Positions 1 to 6,780 of a stretch of 64,000 nt of DNA are shown one piece after another (positions within the stretch are counted from its first letter, which is position 1; each line of letters opens with the position of its first letter). A program made the translations under genes and the position numbers. The DNA lies in IMG/VR virus record IMGVR_UViG_3300033148_006239, positions 1 to 64,000 of that record. The stretch is one strand, 5' to 3'. The notes under the pieces are model-generated. The model was not told the DNA's origin and ran no database searches. It saw only the letters and a program-made list of their open reading frames with translations. The DNA is from a virus.

Positions 1-22
1 ATTCTTTTTCATATTTTCCTCC
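1..22 (-). promoter_or_regulatory. RBS + ATG (GGAGGAAAAT-ATG-AAA-AAG-AAT) of a possible gene running off the left edge
   Basis: Reverse complement of 10-22 is GGAGGAAAATATG, identical to early-gene starts at 2541, 2872 and 3920. Confidence 0.6.
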
Positions 23-485
23 AAAACATTTTAAATCCTCACTTTATCCCATCACACCCACAATCAAATCCTTTTTTTAACCTCCATCCATAAACATAAT
101 AAAACATATTAAAAAAATCAACCTTATTTAAAAAAAAATACTCTTTTTTCAACAAAAACACTAAATCTTCACAACCTTACTATTTTATCACAACTTTAAC
201 ACATAATCTTCACTAAATCTTCACATTCTATCAAAAAAAATTTTTTTTAATTTTATAAAAAATTAAAAACTCAATATAATTCAAAATACTTCCAACATCT
301 CAAACACACCCTACCACCTCTCTACATCCATCCCTCAAATAACCCTACCACCACAAACCATCCTACACTTCAAATAACCATCCCTTTATTATCTCAACAT
401 TTTATCTTAAAATTACCTACATATCAACTTTTTATCACATCTACCTCTTAATTATATCCAAATCTAATACTTACCATAAAAAATC
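1..485. other. G-free, C-rich non-coding tract (extreme strand asymmetry)
   Basis: No G on the + strand until position 486; internal short direct repeats CACTAAATCTTCACA x2, CCCTACCAC x2, TCAAATAACC x2. Confidence 0.95.
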
Positions 486-914
486 GCCGTACGAAACACG
501 ACAGAAGCGATTTCGGTCATCAATCATCTCGAATAGTTTTCTTACCATGACTCTAACCACGCCGATTGAAGCGTGATTGATTACAGTTCAGATCTCTATC
601 TATCTCTAACCAATCTCTAACCGTCGCAATCTGATCAATTCATGCCATTTCGGATTTCTGTCAATCTGATAAAAGATAGAAACTAAGAATATATTAGTTT
701 CTTGATTGAAAAAAGTACTTTTATATGAAGTTAGAACAAAAAATCATTCAAAAAGACAGAAAATAGAAATTAAATTCGTATCGTGACTAAAGAATTAATT
801 ACTTTTCTGTCAAAAAGACTGATTTTAAAACGCTTTTGTATAGGGTAGATAAAAACTATCATTTCAACAACAATTCTTTAGAAAATAATATGAATTATAT
901 GTTTCAATGCGCCG

Positions 915-1023
915 AAATGAGTCAAATGACCGCTTTTCGAGCGAAGAAATGACCGTTTTCGGCACAGAAATGATAAAAACACGTCGAAAATGACTCAAAT
1001 CCGCTCTTTTTGATCGAAAATGA
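915..1023 (+). repeat. Six AAATGA direct repeats, iteron-like
   Basis: Copies start at 915, 924, 947, 968, 988, 1018; two extend as AAATGACCG(C)TTTTCG and two as TCGAAAATGA. Confidence 0.6.
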
Positions 1024-1586
1024 ACCCAGACAGCATGAAACCAAGACTTTTGATACGAAATTGATATAAATATCAAAAATCGATCAAATTAATGGAAAAC
1101 CGTGATTAGAAGTACTGATCAAGACAAGAATCAGATATATAAAGAGCGCCGTTTGCAGTCAGATTATATATCATTTTCTGTGCTTTTACTTATACTTATC
1201 TATTCCTCTATTCTTATATAGATTATGAAGAAGTCTATGGAGGTAACTAAAGAATATGATTAGAATGATTACCTTTCAAATGACTTCCTTTCTTTTCATA
1301 TTTTTTGCGATCTCGGAGAGTTCCATTGCAAGATTTGATATATATATTACGTTTCTTTATGACCGAAGACTAATGAATGGTTTACTTCGTTTCTATCTAG
1401 ACTGATTCTATTATAAATATTAAATCGATTCAATTTGATAAGATCATTAAATCGTTCACTATATCGATCTTATTAATTGAATCAAATAATATCTAAAGAA
1501 ATAACAATTGATCAAATGACTGATAGAACCTATATCTATCTTATGATTATTTTTTTTATTTTTTTAATTCTTTTGGGAAACTGGTA

Positions 1587-1615
1587 TTTTCTTTATTAAT
1601 CTATTTTATTATATT
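1587..1615 (+). promoter_or_regulatory. Early-class promoter TTTTCT-N17-TATATT
   Basis: Same geometry and TTTAT before the -10 as the sites at 4369, 5330, 6118, 9713 and 11317. Confidence 0.7.
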
Positions 1616-1619
1616 TATA

Positions 1620-1853
1620 TTATAATTTTTATTTATTAATTTAATAAATAAAAATTATAAAGAATTGGGGTTCCATATCCATCATCCCCGTTAGAGCCAA
1701 AGAAAGTGGTAGATTCGAAAGGATATCGATCTTTATATAAGAATGCTAAATCCTGTTCGGAACGTACAAGAGCCTCCATCAGGTCATATATATTTCTCCT
1801 CCAAAAATATTCTGGTCGGGGGAGGGAACTAATTCTATTAGTTCCTTCCTTTG
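1620..1853 (+). ncRNA. Candidate small RNA 1 with anti-RBS loop
   Basis: Between a promoter and a terminator; perfect 20-bp inverted repeat at the 5' end (1620-1660); CUCCUCC in a hairpin loop; no RBS-led ORF. Confidence 0.55.
1821..1853 (+). terminator. Intrinsic terminator
   Basis: GGAGGGAACTAA-ttcta-TTAGTTCCTTCC then TTT; its G.U pair forms only on the + strand. Confidence 0.65.
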
Positions 1854-1979
1854 ATTAGTTTATTTAATATATTTCTAGTGTTTCAATATGGATCTCCTGA
1901 TCACAGGATCTTTTGATTCAGAAGATCGTTTAGTTCAGGAGGTCTTTATGGGAACATTAGCTTCCCATGGAGGAAAATT

Positions 1980-2486
1980 ATGAATGAATTACATCCGATC
2001 TTTGCATCTATTCATGAGATTGAGGATATAACATTCAATGTCTACGGCATCAAAGTCGAAGACTGTGTTATATCAGGTATCTATAACAATCTATCATTTT
2101 CATGTAAACTTTCTATTACGGATTTCCATGTCGATCTATCTCATTTTATCAATATGGACAATCATGTGAAAGTTACGGTTTCTAATAAAATTCGTACTCT
2201 TTTAGGATACGAACCTTATTATGAAGATATTTCAATGCATGAACAAGAGATCAACGACTTTCCAAAACTTTGTCAGGATTTCGCTGACCACGTCAAATCG
2301 TTATTCAAATTCGCAGAATCGAACTCTTTATCTCCTGATCAATTCAAAAGATTTAGAATTAATTATATCAAGGATTTTAAAAACTTCGATACTTTCCACG
2401 ATCTATTTTTTCACGTTGGCTACATTCTATCTGAATCTACGGAACAAGATATCATGGATCACCTTGAAGAATATTATTCAAAGTAA
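1980..2486 (+). CDS. Early hypothetical protein (N-part resembles ORFs 2551 and 3930; C-part resembles ORF 2882)
   Basis: GGAGG RBS at 1969; visible internal paralogy. Confidence 0.85.
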   Translation: MNELHPIFASIHEIEDITFNVYGIKVEDCVISGIYNNLSFSCKLSITDFHVDLSHFINMDNHVKVTVSNKIRTLLGYEPYYEDISMHEQEINDFPKLCQDFADHVKSLFKFAESNSLSPDQFKRFRINYIKDFKNFDTFHDLFFHVGYILSESTEQDIMDHLEEYYSK

Positions 2487-2553
2487 TCAAATTCAAGCTA
2501 CTTCTAACGAGGTAGCTTCTTTGAGATTATTTAAATCTCAGGAGGAAAATATG
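2481..2553 (+). promoter_or_regulatory. Repeated two-hairpin leader, copy 1
   Basis: AAGTAATCAAATTCA, stem AAGCTACTTC/GAGGTAGCTT, stem TGAGAT/ATCTCA with TTATTT apex, GGAGGAAAATATG. Confidence 0.75.
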
Positions 2554-2790
2554 AAATTAAGATCAATTAAATTCGAAAACTTATTCTTGGTCTGGTACGA
2601 ATGGAAAGAAGGTGAACATGAATTTCACGGTCTTTTCAATGGAAAACACTTCAAAACAACAACATGGGATTACGAACTCTATGACAAATTTGAATCCGAA
2701 GAAATCGATTTCTATAGCCAAGAAAGAAATGATCTACATGAACAAATTAATGAAGCGTTTGATTATTATTTTTCTAATGTTGAAAAATAA
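2551..2790 (+). CDS. Early hypothetical acidic protein (79 aa)
   Basis: Start moved to the ATG after GGAGG at 2541; the track start at 2221 overlaps the previous gene. Confidence 0.85.
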   Translation: MKLRSIKFENLFLVWYEWKEGEHEFHGLFNGKHFKTTTWDYELYDKFESEEIDFYSQERNDLHEQINEAFDYYFSNVEK

Positions 2791-2792
2791 TC

Positions 2793-2884
2793 AAGTAATT
2801 CAATTGAGATTCATAAAATATTTAAAATTATTTAAAAACATTATGGATCTCGATGGGTTTATTTAACCCTCGGAGGAAAATATG
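2793..2884 (+). promoter_or_regulatory. Repeated two-hairpin leader, copy 2
   Basis: AAGTAATTCAATTGA, stem GAGATTCATAA/TTATGGATCTC, stem GGGTT-tattt-AACCC, GGAGGAAAATATG. Confidence 0.7.
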
Positions 2885-3508
2885 GAAACTATACATCAAA
2901 TTCTAGAACGTCAACACATTACAAAAGGCTTAGGAAATGGTTATGAAGGTGAAACAGTTAAAACTTTCTGTTTTAACGATATTTTAAACTCAATATCATT
3001 TTCACTTGCAAATGATTTAATTGGTTCAAAATATGCTGGAGAATTACTTCAACGAGCTACTGAAAATCTATCTAGCATATTTAAAGATCTTAATGTAGTC
3101 GGTGATCTAATTATTAATCGTGTTTCAAATCAAAATGAAGGATCAACTACTCTTCATACTGATGAAAAAAATATCGTAATTAATTATTCTGAATCACCAA
3201 ATTTGTTTGCGGTTCGTATGAAAATTCACGATATTGAAAAATATCACAATGAAGTTTCAATGTATCAAGATGATGTTGATAATTTCCCAAAAAATGTCAA
3301 AGACTTCGCAGATGAAGTTTTTGAAACTTGGGAACTTGCTCAGAAACATTTAACCGAACAGGAATTTAAGCAATTCCAAATTAATTTCATTAAAGATCTG
3401 GGTAGTTCAAGTACAATGTTTGATATGATGTTCGGTGTAAGGTTCATATTATCAGAAGAAGATGATAATATGATTGTTAATCAAATCAAAGAAAATTACA
3501 TCAAGTAA
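2882..3508 (+). CDS. Early hypothetical protein
   Basis: GGAGG RBS; C-terminal ~75 aa aligns by eye with ORF 1980 (FPK...DFAD.V...FK.F.IN.IKD...ILSE). Confidence 0.85.
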   Translation: METIHQILERQHITKGLGNGYEGETVKTFCFNDILNSISFSLANDLIGSKYAGELLQRATENLSSIFKDLNVVGDLIINRVSNQNEGSTTLHTDEKNIVINYSESPNLFAVRMKIHDIEKYHNEVSMYQDDVDNFPKNVKDFADEVFETWELAQKHLTEQEFKQFQINFIKDLGSSSTMFDMMFGVRFILSEEDDNMIVNQIKENYIK

Positions 3509-3579
3509 TCCAATTCAAATCGCTTGGTATTTATCAGGCGATTTCTTTGGGATTATTTTATCCCAGGAGGAAAAATATG
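3503..3579 (+). promoter_or_regulatory. Repeated two-hairpin leader, copy 3
   Basis: AAGTAATCCAATTCA, stem AAATCGCTTG/CAGGCGATTT, stem TGGGAT-tatttt-ATCCCA, GGAGGAAAAATATG. Confidence 0.75.
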
Positions 3580-3840
3580 ATTTTAGAATTAAAAGATACT
3601 AATGAATTTATGCGTCTAGATGATGACGATCCTATAACTGGGATTGAAGACCTATTCAATTTTTATTTAACAACACTTAATACAGATTATTCAAAATCTG
3701 TATTAAAAGATCTTAAATTCCCTTTAAATCTTTATTGGGGTTCAATTTATGATTCTTTAGAAGATGCTAAATTGAATGATCCAACTAATGAATCTGCATC
3801 GGGTTGGACAATTGATAAATTTATTGGTAACCGGCTATAG
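3577..3840 (+). CDS. Early hypothetical protein
   Basis: ATG after GGAGG; the track start TTG at 3547 lies inside the leader hairpin. Confidence 0.8.
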   Translation: MILELKDTNEFMRLDDDDPITGIEDLFNFYLTTLNTDYSKSVLKDLKFPLNLYWGSIYDSLEDAKLNDPTNESASGWTIDKFIGNRL

Positions 3841-3859
3841 CAACGATGGAAATCTAATT

Positions 3860-3932
3860 AAGTAACCAAATTCAGATCCATTCATTGTAAGTGGATCACT
3901 TTGTGGTTATTTGCCACAAGGAGGAAAATATG
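3860..3932 (+). promoter_or_regulatory. Repeated two-hairpin leader, copy 4
   Basis: AAGTAACCAAATTCA, stem GATCCATT/AGTGGATC, stem TTGTGGT-tattt-GCCACAA, GGAGGAAAATATG. Confidence 0.75.
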
Positions 3933-4220
3933 AAACAGGTTATTTTTCAAACACGAGATTTAGTTCTTGAGTTTCAAGAAATAGAACTCGACAACATTAT
4001 TGTTAGTGGTTTGTATCACGATAAACCATTTTCAGGTGTTATTTCACGAACAGCATTTGAAAAATTTGATTATAACAATACCTTTTCATCTAAAGAATTG
4101 GATGATCTTTTTGAAGATATTAAAAAATCAATTGATATTTATTATTTAGATGCTGAAGATGAAGATGAACCTTTATCTGATTATGTTTTAGAAATTTTTG
4201 GAGGAGAAATTGTTCAATGA
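3930..4220 (+). CDS. Early hypothetical acidic protein, paralogue of ORF 2551
   Basis: GGAGG RBS; GLYHDKPF vs GLFNGKHF; S.E..DL.E.I....D.Y pattern shared. Confidence 0.8.
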   Translation: MKQVIFQTRDLVLEFQEIELDNIIVSGLYHDKPFSGVISRTAFEKFDYNNTFSSKELDDLFEDIKKSIDIYYLDAEDEDEPLSDYVLEIFGGEIVQ

Positions 4221-4345
4221 TTATAAAAATAACAACTCTACCATCAAAAGATCTACCAGTATATCATCTCATTAAACGTTACCATAAAAAATCTTATCCT
4301 AAAGTGTCATTTAAAGAAATTTTACTTGAAGCTTTAAATAAGTAA
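4217..4345 (+). CDS. 42-aa basic protein, possibly ribbon-helix-helix
   Basis: Not in track; GGAGGAG RBS at 4200, ATGA overlap with upstream stop, ends SFKEILLEALNK. Confidence 0.55.
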   Translation: MIIKITTLPSKDLPVYHLIKRYHKKSYPKVSFKEILLEALNK

Positions 4346-4368
4346 TCTTTTAGTTGTAGAACTTAAAT

Positions 4369-4397
4369 TTCATCTTAGAAAATCTATTTATTATATT
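4369..4397 (+). promoter_or_regulatory. Early-class promoter TTCATC-N17-TATATT
   Basis: TTTAT-TATATT-ATAA upstream of the RBS of ORF 4435. Confidence 0.6.
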
Positions 4398-4434
4398 ATA
4401 AATAGGTAAAAATTTCATTTTACTTGGAGGAAAT

Positions 4435-4638
4435 ATGGTTTGTCGTACAGAAAACTATGCTTTCAAACTCAAAAATGGTCAAGAAGTAAAAGCTCATTAC
4501 AGAGATTTCTTAGAAACAGAAAATGGTAAAATCTATTGCGATGATCTTGCCGAAGAACTTTGCTATGATAATAAAACAATCAAGATTAAAGATGAAAATG
4601 GTGACTTTTCAGAAGCCATTGAATTGTTTGTTTTATAA
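4435..4638 (+). CDS. Hypothetical protein
   Basis: TTGGAGGAAATATG start. Confidence 0.8.
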   Translation: MVCRTENYAFKLKNGQEVKAHYRDFLETENGKIYCDDLAEELCYDNKTIKIKDENGDFSEAIELFVL

Positions 4639-4662
4639 TTAATTTATTTCATTGGAGGAAAT

Positions 4663-4881
4663 ATGAATTTTGAATTACAATCGGCTATTAATCAACTTGA
4701 TAGTGCCGCAGAGAGCTTAAAAAGATATTCAGAAGAATTAGAAAGAACTATCAAAAGCCTTAAAGATGGTAAAAATCCAAACCCTAATACTTTGGGATTA
4801 ACAACATTCATCGGTAATCTTACATCAAATATATCAAATAAAATTGCTCTTGCAATTTGCAATCTCTGTGAGATTAAGTGA
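4663..4881 (+). CDS. Hypothetical protein
   Basis: TTGGAGGAAATATG start. Confidence 0.8.
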   Translation: MNFELQSAINQLDSAAESLKRYSEELERTIKSLKDGKNPNPNTLGLTTFIGNLTSNISNKIALAICNLCEIK

Positions 4882-5027
4882 TGAATGATTACAATTATCA
4901 AAAACAACTTGATGAAGCTTGGGAACAACAAATCTTCTTCGAAGAAAAACGTATCAAATGTGGATGTAAAATTTGTTTAAATGAAGAATCTGAAGATCCA
5001 TGTCAAGATGTATTAGATTTATGGTAA
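4881..5027 (+). CDS. 48-aa hypothetical protein with CxCxxC
   Basis: TGATG coupling to the upstream stop; fills the gap. Confidence 0.5.
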   Translation: MNDYNYQKQLDEAWEQQIFFEEKRIKCGCKICLNEESEDPCQDVLDLW

Positions 5028-5041
5028 ATAAATGAGAAACT

Positions 5042-5248
5042 ATGAAAATCTTTAGAGAAGAACCTGGCAAAAATAGCTTTACAATTTCAGGATTAACTCT
5101 TGGTAAGCTTAATCTTATTAAAAGATTAATCATTTCAGCTTCTGAAAATTCTGATTCTGCTATTGTTGAAGATTTAAAATGTTTTTTAAATCAATATGAT
5201 CTAAAAAACACGAACACTTATGACGGCGACGTAAAATCAAATTCCTGA
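5042..5248 (+). CDS. Hypothetical protein
   Basis: ORF in operon orientation. Confidence 0.7.
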   Translation: MKIFREEPGKNSFTISGLTLGKLNLIKRLIISASENSDSAIVEDLKCFLNQYDLKNTNTYDGDVKSNS

Positions 5249-5329
5249 ATAAAAAATTATCCTTTATAATAATATAATTTTTTAATTCGTAAAACTGATA
5301 ACTTTTTTTGATCTCACGAAAATCGCCTA

Positions 5330-5358
5330 TTTACTTTAGTTTCTCAATTTATTATATT
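5330..5358 (+). promoter_or_regulatory. Early-class promoter TTTACT-N17-TATATT
   Basis: Upstream AAAATC(A)GCCTATTT shared with the promoter at 9713. Confidence 0.7.
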
Positions 5359-5397
5359 TTAAATATATAACACTGTAATACGGTGTTTGGAGGAAAT

Positions 5398-5526
5398 ATG
5401 AAAAATATAAACATTCAAGATCTCTTTGATGACTATGATGAAGAAGATTATGACGATTATCATTGTCAAATTACTGATCTTGACGATGATCAAATTTCAA
5501 TTGAATGTCAGCAATTAGATTATTAA
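5398..5526 (+). CDS. 42-aa highly acidic micro-protein
   Basis: Not in track; TTGGAGGAAATATG start; MKNINIQDLFDDYDEEDYDDYHCQITDLDDDQISIECQQLDY. Confidence 0.7.
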   Translation: MKNINIQDLFDDYDEEDYDDYHCQITDLDDDQISIECQQLDY

Positions 5527-5614
5527 CATTCTACCTTGAAGCTTATAAGATTATAAGATTATAAGCTTCAAGGCCGATTGTTAATCGGAACCATTAATTT
5601 TATTGGAGAAAATT

Positions 5615-6052
5615 ATGAAAAAGAAAAACACAGTAATCAAAGAAGAAGCAGTCAAAAAAACTGCTCCTGTAGTAATTGACAAGCCAAAAACTAAAACAAT
5701 TACAAAACCTGCTCAGAAAGAAGTAATCGTAAAAAAGAACAAAAAGAACAAAGCTTCTAAAGAGCAGATTCAACAAATTTGGACAACAATCCAAACTCAG
5801 ATTGATGAAAACATTAATAAAGGTAAAGAAATCAATTCTGAAATTAAAAATTCAATTGCTGAACAATTACACAAAACGATAAAGGTATATCCTAATCAAG
5901 GATATTATCTTTATTACATCAACAAATATGTCAACGGTGACATTCCAATCAATCAAAGCAAAAATGGTGTAGCCTTAGATAAAGATGCACAGAAAAAGCA
6001 AGTCACTACCCAAATTGAATCTCTCAAAACACAACTTGGAAAATTAAAATAA
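5615..6052 (+). CDS. Lys-rich hypothetical protein
   Basis: GGAG RBS before ATG 5615. Confidence 0.8.
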   Translation: MKKKNTVIKEEAVKKTAPVVIDKPKTKTITKPAQKEVIVKKNKKNKASKEQIQQIWTTIQTQIDENINKGKEINSEIKNSIAEQLHKTIKVYPNQGYYLYYINKYVNGDIPINQSKNGVALDKDAQKKQVTTQIESLKTQLGKLK

Positions 6053-6055
6053 TTT

Positions 6056-6098
6056 ATACCCTCTGTAGATTTATAAGGCTGATCTACAGAGGGTATTT
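6056..6098 (+). terminator. Terminator hairpin
   Basis: ATACCCTCTGTAGAT / ATCTACAGAGGGTAT 15-bp inverted repeat just after the stop. Confidence 0.75.
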
Positions 6099-6117
6099 AT
6101 ATATATTTTATTTTAAT

Positions 6118-6146
6118 TTTTCTACAAACATCAATTTTATTATATT
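6118..6146 (+). promoter_or_regulatory. Early-class promoter TTTTCT-N17-TATATT
   Basis: Exact consensus upstream of an AGGAGG RBS. Confidence 0.7.
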
Positions 6147-6173
6147 ATAATTAATAAAATTAAGGAGGAATCT

Positions 6174-6401
6174 ATGATATTCGGTGTAGATTTTCAACAA
6201 GCATGTAAAGCAACTACTACAGGTCATAAAGTTAAAAGAGCAAATGGTGCGAATGTATATACATTTCTATCACCTGCTCATGCAATGGTCTTACAAACCA
6301 TAAGGGACAAATTTGGAAACGCAACAGAAAGTAAACCTGTCGCAACATTAATCTCAACAAACGATCAACAGGAAAATGACTGGATGATGTATCAAAAATA
6401 A
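6174..6401 (+). CDS. Tad2/DUF2829-like anti-defence sponge protein
   Basis: DFQQACKATTTGHKVKR...STNDQQENDW fits the F..A....G.KV.R...S..D..A.DW family pattern. Confidence 0.55.
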   Translation: MIFGVDFQQACKATTTGHKVKRANGANVYTFLSPAHAMVLQTIRDKFGNATESKPVATLISTNDQQENDWMMYQK

Positions 6402-6413
6402 CCGGGAGAAAAT

Positions 6414-6773
6414 ATGACTTATAAAGAAAAATTTATCGAAAAACTTCAGATTTATAATCTTAGTAAATCTGAAGACTTAGAACATGACGTAATTGCTCAT
6501 CTAATAAATTGGGCAGAAAAAGGTAATGACTTCGCTTATAATTTATTAAGGTTAAATTTTGATACTGCCGAATCATTAATTCATAAATTTTATGAATGGG
6601 AACTGGATAAAAACGAAGTATATCCCATGGACACAGAACTTATTCTTGAGATGTATTTTATAAAAGCAAAAGGAATTGCAAAAAAATCTGGAATCTGCAT
6701 CGAGAAAATAAAAACAACACATATGCATATCATTTTCTATTTAATAGAAAATGAATTTCTAAAATTATTTTGA
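6414..6773 (+). CDS. Hypothetical protein
   Basis: GGGAG RBS. Confidence 0.8.
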   Translation: MTYKEKFIEKLQIYNLSKSEDLEHDVIAHLINWAEKGNDFAYNLLRLNFDTAESLIHKFYEWELDKNEVYPMDTELILEMYFIKAKGIAKKSGICIEKIKTTHMHIIFYLIENEFLKLF

Positions 6774-6780
6774 GGTAATT

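Noticed and set aside
1-485. G-free tract as simple deamination or bisulfite-type artefact
   Set aside because: C is enriched above background, which G-to-A conversion would not cause; read check still advisable
864-1076. 70-aa ORF on the - strand
   Set aside because: TTG start without RBS; runs across the AAATGA repeat array
1743-1832. 29-codon ORF inside candidate sRNA 1
   Set aside because: No SD, whereas neighbouring early genes have strong ones; not formally excluded
2221-2550. Track N-terminal extensions (2221, also 3547 and 3891) and ORF 2612-2866
   Set aside because: They overlap real genes or leader hairpins; strong GGAGG sites mark the later ATGs
3838-3861. Stop-codon (TAG) reassignment
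   Set aside because: Long conserved genes are intact in the standard code and TAG ends ORFs at 48212 and 51807
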